A stretch of DNA of 63,920 nucleotides, the filler included, from Aduncisulcus paluster (taxonomy: Eukaryota): NCBI GenBank assembly GCA_024181965.1. It is 21 parts of 21 records of this genome, joined end to end, with 100 filler letters (N's around TTAATTAATTAA, not from the genome) between each part and the next. Parts side by side here need not be neighbours in the genome. Positions count along the whole stretch, not along the records: positions 1 to 23,386 come from BQXS01012112.1; 20 more parts are not named here. One strand, 5' to 3'. The notes beneath the pieces were generated by a model that made no database searches, was not told where the DNA came from, and saw only the letters and a list, made by a program, of their open reading frames with translations. The translations under genes were made by a program, and so were the position numbers. How positions within the stretch are numbered: position 1 is the first letter of the stretch; each line of letters begins with the position of its first letter. Positions 11,409 to 23,486 of this stretch are shown here, piece after piece.

Positions 11409-14261
11409 TCACAAAGCCTTGACAATTTCATCTCCATCGATGACAAATCCTTCAGACAAAAGCATAGGATCTGATTTCAACAATCTCTCGATATCACCCA
11501 TAATATCTTCACGTCGACATCTTGCAATAAAACGCGCCAGGGGGACTCGAACCTCTTCCAGTTCTCTTCCAAAGCATCTATTCGAACGGACCTCTTCCTT
11601 CATACATGTATAGAGAAGCTGAGAGAGTTTCAATGACCGATCTACATCCATACGACAATATTTGTTGAAAAGTTGACCCAATCTAGCTTTAGAACCAGAC
11701 CTTTGTTGCGAAATAAAGGAGGATACAACAACCTTGGCACCGAAATCAAGGTTACTGTCACGAACTGAAGAACTCAGATTCATACGAGCATGGGCCTCAG
11801 CCAAACGAACAGTACTCTCAAGCGTTCTGACTGTTGGAGGAGGCACTCCAAGTGTTGAAGACACCTGCCGGAGATCCCCAAAGAGATGGTTCAGCTTCTC
11901 TTTATCAAACTCATGTGTCAGTGACTGGGTGTGGACAAATTTGGCATAGGTAATATACTTCCGCAAGAAATCAATTGGGAAAGGAGCGTTTGGATTATTA
12001 CGGATTGTATGAAGAGTATCAACAGATCCATATAACTCTTTGATATCCGTGTCTTCGTCGCTATCCTCTGTATCTTCCTCCTCTTCCTCTTTCCTCACAT
12101 GGGAGTCAGCCTCAGTTTCCTTATCTTCTTCCTCGCTATTTTCTTCAGAATCCTCATCAACATCTCTGAAATCGGGGTCAAATAAACGCATGGCACGCTT
12201 AATACTGGCCTTTTCATCCGAGTCCAAGAGCTTTCCTCTCTTAGCACATGAAGTCAGGAGATCTCTCTCTTGTTTGGAGGCAGGATGGGATTTCATATGA
12301 CTAGACACAACAAAATCTCCCTTCTTGGAGTCTTCAAATGGGTCATGAATATCACGCAAGACACAAATAACATCGAACCGAGAAATAAGGGGAGGCTCGA
12401 GTTCTACATTATTCACAAATGCCCGATGAGGAATATATCTGCCCCCTATGGGATTAGCAGCAGCAATAACACTGCATCTAGCACGCAGAGTGGCCACAAT
12501 TCCAGCCTTGGCGACACTGACGGCTTGCTGTTCCATAGCTTCATGGATAGCCGATCTATCACGTTCTGTCATCTTATCAAACTCATCAATGCAACAAATT
12601 CCTCTATCGGCAAGAACAAGGGCTCCACCTTCAAGAGACGTCTCACCACCGGCATCACGCCTGACACTGGCAGTAAGTCCCACCGCAGAGGCTCCTTTAC
12701 CAGTGGTTAGGATACAACGGGGGGAAACCTGTTGGACAAACTTCAGAAGCTGAGACTTGGCAGTTGAAGGATCACCAACGAGCAACACGTTGATATCTCC
12801 ACGAAGACTATGCTTGGCCTCACGAACTTCCTTCCTTGCACCACCAAACAGGGCGAGAGCTATGGCAGTCTTTGCTTCATCGTTACCATGCACAAAAGGA
12901 GCAATAGAACGGATAATACGATCAACAATGTTAGGCTGTCTGGAAACTTCGAGGATGAGGCTTCGTTCCCTATCTTCAGAGGTTCCAAACCCAGTGCCTC
13001 CCTTGGCCAGATCATTGGCAATGTGAGATCCACTGATGAGAGACTTGATATGCACTCCGAACAAATGTGTCTCAAAGATAGGATGGAATCCATACTGGGC
13101 CTTAGGGGAAATTGCAGAGTCCGTGTAGATAGCACACACCTCGACAGAATCACCTGGACGTGCGATATCAATCATGTCTCCTGTGACAACAAGCTCACGA
13201 CTACGAGGGATTCTACCGGCAGGAACATCTTGGGGAGACTCTTGGAAAGTGAGTTTCTGATAATTTCTATAGAGAGTCTCTTCACTAATGAGCCTGAAAG
13301 GACCCTTGGATCCACATTGACATTGGAGTCCACCTTCCTTTAAGGGTTTTTTCCCAGCGTCTACTGCATCAGTAACAAATGGACCAAGAATGGCCTCACA
13401 TTTAAGACAGAGATATTTAACTTGAGCTAACTGTGGAAATACCGTCGATCTCCTTGAAATAACACCTCGCAAGTTAATTAACTGACCAAGATGTCTCTCT
13501 CGAAGATCACGAAGAGGGAGCCGACGAGGAGTGTTGTAAAGTCTGACGCATATCGTGGGTTTCAATTCAAGGAGATTTTTAAATCTATTCTTTTCATGGG
13601 TGCCTAAAAATACCTTAAGTGCGCCATCAAAAATAGGGAGAACGACAGTGGGGTCTCTCACAGCTAACAGGGCAATTTGCGAATCAAAATCTGCCACATA
13701 TCTATAATCTATGGAAATACTTTCATTTTGTTCTTCGAGAACATGATTAAGAATACCTTCTACATATAACAGGTCATCTTTGAGAGCAAATTCAGATAAA
13801 AACTTTCTAAATCTCCGGAAAATGGTCCTTTGAACGCCTCTAATCGCTAAAAATGCACTTAGATCCTCAGGTATAACAGAAAGATCAAATTCATCCTCTT
13901 CCTCTTCTTCTTCTGCCTCTTCGAAAGGTTCTTCGCCAGTTTCTGTTTCACCCTCCCTTTCTGATTCTTCTTCTTGTTGTTTGGCTGCTTGTCTTTGTAA
14001 TCTAAGTAATTTTTGACCTGTAGATCTCCTATGGGAACGATCTTGAATTTCCTTCCTTCTTACAATATCACTAAGATATGAAGGCATGCCTCTCGCCTCT
14101 TCTGCATCTCTTTCGGCCAATTCTTGTTCGGCAGCTCGCAATTGATCAACAGTAGGAGCTGCATATTCTCCTCGATCGAGGTGGGCTTCATCATATCTGT
14201 CCATGGCTTCATCACGAACATAATCTTCTTCAAGTTGTTCAAAAAGATCTTCTCCTTCCAT
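11409..14261 (-). CDS. MCM2: DNA replication licensing factor MCM2
   Basis: Acidic N-terminal extension with DY...MDRYD histone-binding-like motif; Zn finger CLKC...CQC; Walker A GDPSTAKSQ; TGKGASAVGLTASV; Walker B IDEFDKM; AAANPIGGRY; arginine finger SRFD. Confidence 0.93.
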   Translation of the reverse strand: MEGEDLFEQLEEDYVRDEAMDRYDEAHLDRGEYAAPTVDQLRAAEQELAERDAEEARGMPSYLSDIVRRKEIQDRSHRRSTGQKLLRLQRQAAKQQEEESEREGETETGEEPFEEAEEEEEEDEFDLSVIPEDLSAFLAIRGVQRTIFRRFRKFLSEFALKDDLLYVEGILNHVLEEQNESISIDYRYVADFDSQIALLAVRDPTVVLPIFDGALKVFLGTHEKNRFKNLLELKPTICVRLYNTPRRLPLRDLRERHLGQLINLRGVISRRSTVFPQLAQVKYLCLKCEAILGPFVTDAVDAGKKPLKEGGLQCQCGSKGPFRLISEETLYRNYQKLTFQESPQDVPAGRIPRSRELVVTGDMIDIARPGDSVEVCAIYTDSAISPKAQYGFHPIFETHLFGVHIKSLISGSHIANDLAKGGTGFGTSEDRERSLILEVSRQPNIVDRIIRSIAPFVHGNDEAKTAIALALFGGARKEVREAKHSLRGDINVLLVGDPSTAKSQLLKFVQQVSPRCILTTGKGASAVGLTASVRRDAGGETSLEGGALVLADRGICCIDEFDKMTERDRSAIHEAMEQQAVSVAKAGIVATLRARCSVIAAANPIGGRYIPHRAFVNNVELEPPLISRFDVICVLRDIHDPFEDSKKGDFVVSSHMKSHPASKQERDLLTSCAKRGKLLDSDEKASIKRAMRLFDPDFRDVDEDSEENSEEEDKETEADSHVRKEEEEEDTEDSDEDTDIKELYGSVDTLHTIRNNPNAPFPIDFLRKYITYAKFVHTQSLTHEFDKEKLNHLFGDLRQVSSTLGVPPPTVRTLESTVRLAEAHARMNLSSSVRDSNLDFGAKVVVSSFISQQRSGSKARLGQLFNKYCRMDVDRSLKLSQLLYTCMKEEVRSNRCFGRELEEVRVPLARFIARCRREDIMGDIERLLKSDPMLLSEGFVIDGDEIVKAL

Positions 14262-14703
14262 TTTGAAATATTGAAATGATCAAATTGAACACAAACATCC
14301 AATTTGAAACTTCTTTGATAGTTATTGCAGAAATGTTAAAATTTACCTAATATTTGAAAATAATTTGATTTAATTTTTCAAATTATAAATAAAATTTGTA
14401 ATTTAGTGCAGTTTTTGTAGAGTAATTTCATCAAAATGTTATTTTGCCAAATAGACATTATACAGATTTTTCATTATTTTATTTTAATTTTAAATGGCAA
14501 AATCACAAGGTTATTGACATTATATGTGCTCTTATTAGAGAATTCAAATATTTAAGCTCTGGAGAGCGTATGACTAATTTTATAGAAAAATCAATAACAT
14601 GAAACTACATATAGTATGAAATAAAATGAATGAATGTGGGGTATAGTTCTGAATATCCCAATGGTGTTTGATTGAGTCTCGCCACCATGCTTTTGTTAGG
14701 AGT

Positions 14704-15573
14704 ATGGAATTTTCAGCGAAAGAAATTGATCTCCTTCAATCAATATTGGAATGTTCAGTTGGAATTGATGCAACCTTACTTTTTTCAATTGGCTCAGCTC
14801 TGTGTGAGTTTCTCCAATCATCTTCGACAGAAAAACTTGCTAAAATAGGAATCAATTCACATCATATTAATTTATGTTTACAAGAAATTTCAAAATATCC
14901 CCTTACTCTTCCCGAAAAAGCTGTAATGAATGCTGTAAAATCCCTTCCTACTTATGGAGTTGAAGGCCTTGTCATTTCATCAGCTTCTTTTATTTTAAAT
15001 AAGTTTTCTCGCAATCTTGATGACATTTTAGCGAGTTATAAGTTGTTCCAAAAATTTCAAGAGGTGAATTCCAAGGAAGTTATTGATAGTGATCATGAGT
15101 TGATGAATACTTATTTCTCTCTTATGGCAAAAATAGAAAGACAAAAAGATAGCAAAGAATTCAGGAGATATCATAAAAGGATCTCGATTGATCATTTTAG
15201 AAGAGATTATCAGACCATTATTTCAAAAGATTCACCAAGCAATGAATTTGTGCGTAAAATATATTTCAAATCGGAAAAAGAGGCCGAATCTCGAGTTTTA
15301 AAATTTGTTGATCGAGTATTACTCATTTTCCCTGGTGTTTTCTCATCCCCACGTCTTTCCGATGCATTCTCTATTATTTCTCATCGAATTAATGAATTGA
15401 TTGAGACTTCATCAGATTCCATGGATGTATTTGCCCTTGGTGTTGAAATAATGAGAAATATTTTGGCTCAGAAGCATTCAGAACCTCAAGTGTCTCAATC
15501 CATCGTCATCAAGAAACGATCAGAGGTTATTGGAGATTATTCCATATCTGATCTTGGATTATTCCCAAAATAA
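14704..15573 (+). CDS. Hypothetical helical protein, divergent from MCM2
   Basis: About 289-codon ORF from ATG 14704 to TAA in AT-rich DNA; no motif recognised. Confidence 0.6.
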   Translation: MEFSAKEIDLLQSILECSVGIDATLLFSIGSALCEFLQSSSTEKLAKIGINSHHINLCLQEISKYPLTLPEKAVMNAVKSLPTYGVEGLVISSASFILNKFSRNLDDILASYKLFQKFQEVNSKEVIDSDHELMNTYFSLMAKIERQKDSKEFRRYHKRISIDHFRRDYQTIISKDSPSNEFVRKIYFKSEKEAESRVLKFVDRVLLIFPGVFSSPRLSDAFSIISHRINELIETSSDSMDVFALGVEIMRNILAQKHSEPQVSQSIVIKKRSEVIGDYSISDLGLFPK

Positions 15574-15809
15574 AAGAATAAATCGAAGTTTTCCAACCTC
15601 TTCCAATCGAATTTCGGTCTGGTGTCTTTCTCCTTCAATGGATATCATCAAATGATCTTTGACTGAAAATAAATTTATTAATAAATTAAAAAGGCAAAAA
15701 CAATAATTTTAACTTATAAAATCAACATAAACTTGCAAGACTGAGATTGATAGAAACCATCAAACAAAACCATATAAATAACGAGCAATGAAAGCAAATA
15801 AAAGCGGAA

Positions 15810-16754
15810 TTAAATAATCTTAACGACTTTATCTTCTTTTTGAACATATGTGATGAATTCCTTCATCGAAGAACGCTTCTTAGAGAAACAGTAAAGATGA
15901 CCAATTGATCTCTCCTTTAATGCGGAGCTTCCTGATGCAACATTAAAGGAGTAGATCGGACACTTTGCGATTAATTCGGGACTAGCCTTGATGATTGGCT
16001 TTGAACCAAGAGTTTGGAAAGTAACAGCTCTGGCAGGCTGTTTGGGATTGTTAAGAGCACAGAGTTCAGCGAGAACCGCACCCATATGATGTCCAGTGTG
16101 TTCCAAAACTATCTTACCTTTAACTTTTTTCTTAATGTCTTTGATAGCAAAGGCAGTGAACTTGAGAGCGAGGGCAAGTTGATCAGGAACTTTTCCNNNN
16201 NNNNNNNNNNNNNNNNGACTAGCCTTGATGATTGGCTTTGAACCAAGAGTTTGGAAAGTAACAGCTCTGGCAGGCTGTTTGGGATTGTTAAGAGCACAGA
16301 GTTCAGCGAGAACCGCACCCATATGATGTCCAGTGTGTTCCAAAACTATCTTACCTTTAACTTTTTTCTTAATGTCTTTGATAGCAAAGGCAGTGAACTT
16401 GAGAGCGAGGGCAAGTTGATCAGGAACTTTTCCAGCTTGGATTTGAGCAATGTCATCTAAATCATCAGCGGAATCCATTCCACGATGAGAAATGATTAAG
16501 ACATTGGATTTGTGAGCACGGAAGCAGTAGGCACGACCATAATATCCTTCATCCTGGAGTTCTTTTGGGCAATCCACAGTGAGATAACCACGAGTGGCAG
16601 GTTCATCGGCGTAGACATCATTAGCAATTTCAGCATATTCACGGAGAGGGCGAATAAAATGATCTTTTAACATTTTCTCGTCCACTTCACGAAGAGTGAT
16701 TTCCTCTCCTTCTGCAGCAGCTCCAAATCCGAATAATGACATGATAGATCCCAT
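15810..16754 (-). CDS. Class 3 lipase-like alpha/beta hydrolase, probably inactive, probably N-myristoylated (about 235 aa after removing the duplication)
   Basis: MGSIMS start; IISHRGMD (FRGTD-like); HTGHHMGAVLA (GHSLG-like); AVTFQTLG; 15980-16196 duplicated at 16217-16433 across a 20-N gap. Confidence 0.75.
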   Translation of the reverse strand: MGSIMSLFGFGAAAEGEEITLREVDEKMLKDHFIRPLREYAEIANDVYADEPATRGYLTVDCPKELQDEGYYGRAYCFRAHKSNVLIISHRGMDSADDLDDIAQIQAGKVPDQLALALKFTAFAIKDIKKKVKGKIVLEHTGHHMGAVLAELCALNNPKQPARAVTFQTLGSKPIIKASXXXXXXXGKVPDQLALALKFTAFAIKDIKKKVKGKIVLEHTGHHMGAVLAELCALNNPKQPARAVTFQTLGSKPIIKASPELIAKCPIYSFNVASGSSALKERSIGHLYCFSKKRSSMKEFITYVQKEDKVVKII

Positions 16755-17076
16755 TTTAATATTTTTTCAAGGTACTTGTTTTCCTTTTGGCAAGAAAAAC
16801 GTCAAGTCAAATTTGTCATGTAATCAAACGTGCCTATTTTTAGTTGAACAATCCGGTGGGCAGATTAAAATGTGAAGTTATTATATATTCAAAATTAAGA
16901 AAATTGAGATAATTTATTTAAAATAAACTGAAAGATATTCAATTATCGTAATACTATTGCTGTGGTACAGCGATATTGAGATGGCAGACTCAAATAACAA
17001 ATAAATCTACAAAGTTGAAGAAATATTGTATCACATATCAATAATAACAAAATATAACGATAAAATAACGTTTGAA

Positions 17077-19455
17077 CTATTTCTTTTCAACATAAAGCAT
17101 GTCATCTGACAAGTCAACATCTCCATGAAGAATAAACTTTTCTTCTTCAAGTTCTTCTCTTCTTTCTTGTTCACTGCGTTCGTCTTCCTCCTGTTCAACG
17201 CCGAATCGTGTTGTTTCATTCTTTGCACAATCTTCATCGATCTTGGCAAGGAGATCGTCTTCATCTAACGAGATCAACCCAGGTTCTTGTCTCGCAGCAT
17301 CGAATAAATGTGTTGCAGGTGTGAAAGAATAACCTTGATCCATAAGATATCTCCTTCGGCCCGCTGCAAATCTTTGATCTGAAGTGTCTTGTGACACCAT
17401 AACATAGAAATATGCCTCCTTGTTTTCACCATGATCTCGTTTAGGCCTTAAAATACGACCAAGACGCTGGGTTTCATCTTTTCTACTGCAAGATTTGACA
17501 TCCATCTCGATAATAACGTTGGCAGCAGGAAGATCGATGGAATCACTTCCGACGGAGGATAAGAATACACAAGAAAACTTTGGATCTGTCAGGAATTTTC
17601 GAAGAATGAACAAACGTTCTTTGATATCTGTATCTCCGAATATAAGAGGCTTCTTAAACCCATTTTGGGCTAATCCTTTTGCAAAAACTGTCAAAGGGAA
17701 AATATTTTCAAAGAAGACCAAGATTTTATCTCCCCGTTTCTCGTGGTAATTTATCAAGTATTGGAGCACCAGGAACTTGTTTGGATTCATGGTCTTCACA
17801 AGCTGACTCTTCTGAGTTCCCTTGAAGGAATCGTAGTGGTGACGACTACTGACGGTGCTAAGATACTTTTTATAGAACTTGGCAGTCATGGGTACAACAA
17901 CCTCAGCACAATTGACTGGTGCAATGAAACCTTGGCGTGTGAGATCAATCCAATTGGCCTCGTAGAGTTTCGGACCAACAATGACCCCAAGATCCCTCTC
18001 TCTCCCGTCTTCACGAACGAGAGTGGCTGTAAGACCAAGACGACACTGTGCGTTGATGCGTTGAGTGATCTTTCTATAGTTTGTGGCTGCCAGGTGGTGC
18101 ACTTCATCGAAGATCATCAGTCCGAATGTTTTCTTTGACAGGAGATCCATTATATGTTTCGTATGGGCACTCTGTTGACCTGCAGCTCGTGAAGTCAGAT
18201 GGTATGTTGCAATAACGATCTCTCCAAGAGTAAATTCCTCCGTGGATGACCTACTATCCTTTGCAGCTGTAAACATCGTGATAACGTCCTCGCTGATTCC
18301 TGTCCACATTAAGAACTGATTTTTCCATTGTTCAATGGCCATGGATGTGGTACAGAGAACAATCGTGGGGCGTTGAAGCATACATGCTGCAGTGACACCA
18401 ATCAGGGTCTTCCCAGCACCACATGGCAACACAATGATCCCACTCCTGGCTTTACCACCTCTAAACATCTTACTCAAGGATTTCTCCTGGTATGGACGAA
18501 TGTGGACGGTGGGACGAAGCTTCAAATCACGCAGAACGGTAGTTTGGTGGAAATCCTTTTTAAAATCATATTCCTCCACTAATGGGAGTTCTAGTTCACT
18601 TGCACATCGTTTTACAGAGTTTCTCTTCTTTTTATCGATTTCTATCAGGTATATTTTCTTTGGAGCATTGGATGTTGATGATAGAGTGCTGGATCTTATT
18701 GATGCCAAGGGATTATCCTCTCCAAGGAGCTGCATCGAAGCTCCACCAGAAGGGAAGAATGAAGATCTATGAATAGAATCGATCACATCATCTTCATCCA
18801 ATTTTAGATCATCAACAAGTTCTTCATCTCCATGATCTTCAACTCCACCAAGATCACGTTCTCGCTTTTTCTGAAGTTTTTTTGAGATTCCCACACCTTG
18901 AAGATCAATGTCCGTATCGTCTAAATCAGTGATTTCTCTGGAATGTATTTTCGGAGGGAGGATAGTACCCCTCATCGCTTCTTCAACAATCTCTTCATTT
19001 TTAAAACGTTTTAAAATACTTTTATCGGGGGATTCAATAAAAAGACGCCCCTGACGGAGAACTAGGGAAACTTTCCCAAAACTCTGCATTGTTGAAAGAA
19101 CGAAATCTTTCAAATCATCAAATAAAACAGTCTTAGATAATCGTTCCAACTTCTCAAGAACTGTTGTCGCTGCTATATGATTGGAAGCAGCACTAAACAG
19201 TGATTGAGAAGTAAGGATATATTCGTGTACAAGCTCTGGACGAGTAACAGGTTCAGAAATTGAAATTAAAAAGTCTCTTGCTTCCTCATAATGCTTATTA
19301 AATACCTCTAGAAGAATTTTTCCATTGGGAAGAACATATAATGGCTTTTCATCAGGATTATCTTTGAGCTTCATATATGTATAATCTTCTCTTTCTATCT
19401 CTGCAGAAAGAACTCGTTTTGTTCTAAAACCTGATCTTGAGGGCCGACCGCTCAT
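17077..19455 (-). CDS. XPB: TFIIH translocase/helicase subunit XPB (ERCC3/Ssl2)
   Basis: RPYQEKSLSKMF; SGIIVLPCGAGKTL; DEVH; GLTATLVRED; GPKLYEANW; MNPNKF; QRLGRILR; first ATG 19455. Confidence 0.96.
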   Translation of the reverse strand: MSGRPSRSGFRTKRVLSAEIEREDYTYMKLKDNPDEKPLYVLPNGKILLEVFNKHYEEARDFLISISEPVTRPELVHEYILTSQSLFSAASNHIAATTVLEKLERLSKTVLFDDLKDFVLSTMQSFGKVSLVLRQGRLFIESPDKSILKRFKNEEIVEEAMRGTILPPKIHSREITDLDDTDIDLQGVGISKKLQKKRERDLGGVEDHGDEELVDDLKLDEDDVIDSIHRSSFFPSGGASMQLLGEDNPLASIRSSTLSSTSNAPKKIYLIEIDKKKRNSVKRCASELELPLVEEYDFKKDFHQTTVLRDLKLRPTVHIRPYQEKSLSKMFRGGKARSGIIVLPCGAGKTLIGVTAACMLQRPTIVLCTTSMAIEQWKNQFLMWTGISEDVITMFTAAKDSRSSTEEFTLGEIVIATYHLTSRAAGQQSAHTKHIMDLLSKKTFGLMIFDEVHHLAATNYRKITQRINAQCRLGLTATLVREDGRERDLGVIVGPKLYEANWIDLTRQGFIAPVNCAEVVVPMTAKFYKKYLSTVSSRHHYDSFKGTQKSQLVKTMNPNKFLVLQYLINYHEKRGDKILVFFENIFPLTVFAKGLAQNGFKKPLIFGDTDIKERLFILRKFLTDPKFSCVFLSSVGSDSIDLPAANVIIEMDVKSCSRKDETQRLGRILRPKRDHGENKEAYFYVMVSQDTSDQRFAAGRRRYLMDQGYSFTPATHLFDAARQEPGLISLDEDDLLAKIDEDCAKNETTRFGVEQEEDERSEQERREELEEEKFILHGDVDLSDDMLYVEKK

Positions 19456-19985
19456 TGTTATCCGGGCCAAAAGCCTGATTTTTTCGTTCCATCCCGGTGG
19501 AAGAAATAATACGGAATATTCTCAATGATATAATCATTATTTGTTATAAATATTATCATTTAATCTTATTATTACTTGAGCTACACATGAATCAACCTTC
19601 AAAAAAGTTGATGGTTTTGGGACTCTTATGAAGAATATAACAACTTATATTCCTCAGTTTTTATCCATAAATATGTTTTAAAATTTATTTGAGCCAATCT
19701 CGTTTCTTTTTGAATATATTTTGCCCTTCTTTTGAAACAAATTCCGTCTGAATATAATACACAATATTATTGAACATTGATGTTTTGATTCGTTATGAAC
19801 AATCTAAAAATGTTATAATCTCTTGGATATCCAATGAAATTCCTCATGACATCGAATGTTTGGGTTGCGAATGGCTGTGCTAACTCCGTATTCATCCTTT
19901 ATACTTCTTATTTTTTGGGTATTTCCTTTTTACTTGTTGAGATTATTTAATTTCCATTTTTTTCAACGGTTTTTAATTGATTTTG

Positions 19986-22900
19986 ATGAAGTTTTCTTCT
20001 TGTTATACATTTTCCGCTGACTTCAAGTCAGAAAAGCTATCTCAACATCCATTTTCATTGCCTCCTATTCCACCGTACTTAAGTGATATTGTTGACTCAG
20101 AAAAGGATGGATATATTATAGATTTAGTTGATCTTCATGCCATCTCAGTCGAGTCTCCTATTTGTTCGTCACGAGCAATATGGACCCATTCTGCCCCGTT
20201 ATTTGCACATATATTCTCTGTTATTACTTCTGATTACTCCCCTGATACTTTAGATATGTGTGAATCAAGCATAGAGATGGCATTTAGTTTATTACAAAAT
20301 ATCTTTGACTGTGTTTCATCAATCCCTCAAAACGTATTATTTAATACATTATATGTATCTTTATTGACTATTGATACATTTCCAAGGAATAGAAATCTCC
20401 TTCTATCAATCAATTTTCTCATTCGGTACATGCTTCCTCTTATGGTTGATGATCCCCACACTCATCAGTTCTGTGTTCCAAGGAGTTCTGCATCACGCCG
20501 TCATAAACATAGATATCATACACATTCGTGGACGGTTTCCGCCGACTTTATGCGGAAATATATCTCATTACATGTCTTCCCAAGAATAATACATTTATTT
20601 CTCGATATTACTCCAAAATCATATCACATACGTTATAATTCACGATTATCTCAAATGGAATTGTCAGAATCTGTATCTTATCTTCCCTCAGACGCCTCTT
20701 TGATCGCTGTTTTACTTCTGATTACTCCCCTGATACTTTAGATATGTGTGAATCAAGCATAGAGATGGCATTTAGTTTATTACAAAATATCTTTGACTGT
20801 GTTTCATCAATCCCTCAAAACGTATTATTTAATACATTATATGTATCTTTATTGACTATTGATACATTTCCAAGGAATAGAAATCTCCTTCTATCAATCA
20901 ATTTTCTCATTCGGTACATGCTTCCTCTTATGGTTGATGATCCCCACACTCATCAGTTCTGTGTTCCAAGGAGTTCTGCATCACGCCGTCATAAACATAG
21001 ATATCATACACATTCGTGGACGGTTTCCGCCGACTTTATGCGGAAATATATCTCATTACATGTCTTCCCAAGAATAATACATTTATTTCTCGATATTACT
21101 TCTGATTACTCCCCTGATACTTTAGATATGTGTGAATCAAGCATAGAGATGGCATTTAGTTTATTACAAAATATCTTTGACTGTGTTTCATCAATCCCTC
21201 AAAACGTATTATTTAATACATTATATGTATCTTTATTGACTATTGATACATTTCCAAGGAATAGAAATCTCCTTCTATCAATCAATTTTCTCATTCGGTA
21301 CATGCTTCCTCTTATGGTTGATGATCCCCACACTCATCAGTTCTGTGTTCCAAGGAGTTCTGCATCACGCCGTCATAAACATAGATATCATACACATTCG
21401 TGGACGGTTTCCGCCGACTTTATGCGGAAATATATCTCATTACATGTCTTCCCAAGAATAATACATTTATTTCTCGATATTACTCCAAAATCATATCACA
21501 TACGTTATAATTCACGATTATCTCAAATGGAATTGTCAGAATCTGTATCTTATCTTCCCTCAGACGCCTCTTTGATCGCTGTTTTACTTACAAATCTAGT
21601 TCTCATGCCTCAATGCATAGATTTGTGGCTATGGAAGAATGTTTGGAGCCACATGATGAGTGAAATCATTTTCAAGCATGAAAATTCGCATATTTCTGAT
21701 CAATCCAAGGCTTGCATTGAATCACGTCTGTCTCTCCCCATTCCAAGTTGTGACGATCTTCTATTCACTCGTTGGAGAGTATTCACATTGACTCGATTGT
21801 TGTGGACACATTTCAAGGGCCATGGTCATCATGAATGGTGTGAGTCCCTTTCTCGTGGAATTACCCAAGGTGTGGTTGCCTTCTTTGATATTGTATTCCC
21901 TTTGCTATATAATCCATCCCATTTCATTGTGAATGAATCAAACCCAAAGAAACCATTGCCTCTGCAATCCATGCACTGCATACAAGATCAGATCTTACAC
22001 TCCCTATATGAATGGGCCAGATGCATCAGCGTGTGTGGATTGTATTCCAATGAAACGAATATCACACTGGTTAAGTGTAGGATGAAACTGTTCTTGACAT
22101 ATTTTTCCTCGAAGATAACTTACTTTAGAGCCTCTCATGATACATTCTCTTTTCTACTCCCAAATATGCCTTGCTTCTTTTCTTTCTTCCTTTCTATGTA
22201 TGGAACACGCCAAAGATCTGTGTCTCCCCTGTGCAATGTTGTTTTGGATGGAGATAATGAATGCTTTGTATGTGAATGTGGCAATATTGAAGTCTGCAGA
22301 AGGTCGCATGAGGAAGAATTGTATAGAGATTACGTTGGGAAGGTTAAAATAGTAGATGTGGATGAAGATAGCCATCGAAAAGAGAAACAACCATTCAAAC
22401 GATCATTCTTCAATAGATTTATATATAATGAACTAAAGAGAAGAAAACCATCCTCTAATTCCCTCGATTGTGCCTATATTCTTCAAAGTAGGGAAGAAAT
22501 GGTTCGACAATATCATTGTCAATGCTCCTCTGAGCAGCCATCTCCTGATGTGTCCACCAGATCAATCAATAGGATATCAAAGACATCTAAACGTCACCAT
22601 TCCTCTGGACGAAGTTGTCATGAAGTCTATCGTGATTGGCGCTGGAAAAGATATATTGATACGCAGAAATCCAAGCATCAATTCCCCATTTTCAGTATTG
22701 AGTGTCTTGATAAAGGTAGTGTGAACGAACTATATGCTCCATCTTTATTTAAGCAGTGGAAAGGCATCGGTGGAGGATATATCGATATTTGTGACTCCAT
22801 ATTGAGTTCAAACTGGAATCAAGTTATTTCAATGATCAACCAAGGATTGACAGACTCGGAAGATGAAGTTCAGTGTCACCACGCTCTTATTTTATGCTCT

Positions 22901-23386
22901 CATGCGGTTTCTTCTTCCATTTTGGGTCCTATTATTTCTCATCATATCTCAAATCTTTCTCAGCGATTGATCAAGGTTATTTCTTCGTATTCTTTCAAGC
23001 CTTTATCTGAACTTTCTAACATTCAAATGTTGAATATATGTTTAGCGTTGAAAAGTCTAATATTCATGCTTGTTAAGTTCATTAATCTTCATTTTGATCA
23101 TGTTTCTCCAACCATGTTTTCCAACTTTAGAATAATCAACAAAATCCTCAAAAAATCCCTCATTCATGAGATATTTCAAGAAGTTAAGTGTGTTTTCCCA
23201 CGATGGTTGGATGTATTTTTCCGGATTCCTTCCATCCTTAACCTTTTGATAGGGATGTTATGTTGTTTTGTTTCTTGTGAGAACATTGGTTTGGATGTCT
23301 TTGTATCTGACATGTTTTTTAGAATAATTCGTGGCATAGTTTCTTCTTCTTCTTCTTCTTCTTCTTCGTGTCCTCGCCTTTCATAC
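19986..23386 (+). CDS. Hypothetical protein, 3'-partial, frame broken by an internal exact triplication; may have upstream exons
   Basis: ORFs 19977-20741 and 20744-contig end become one frame when the 488-bp and 384-bp extra copies are removed. Confidence 0.6.
20224..21590. repeat. Exact tandem triplication (periods 488 and 384 bp)
   Basis: ATGTGTGAATCAAGC at 20256, 20744 and 21128; junctions fall in TTACT microhomology. Confidence 0.9.
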
Positions 23387-23486
23387 NNNNNNNNNNNNNN
23401 NNNNNNNNNNNNNNNNNNNNNNNNNNNNNNTTAATTAATTAANNNNNNNNNNNNNNNNNNNNNNNNNNNNNNNNNNNNNNNNNNNN
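23387..23486. other. Artificial contig spacer (first of 20). TTAATTAATTAA cores start at 23431, 24869, 26413, 28165, 30164, 33354, 34861, 36314, 37622, 39438, 41189, 42954, 44253, 45656, 47976, 49460, 51315, 57804, 59322, 61894
   Basis: Identical 44N-TTAATTAATTAA-44N blocks, which give stops in all six frames. Confidence 0.98.

Noticed and set aside
3731..16433. Internal protein repeats at the three 20-N gaps
   Set aside because: Each duplicate directly flanks a gap, typical of unmerged overlaps.
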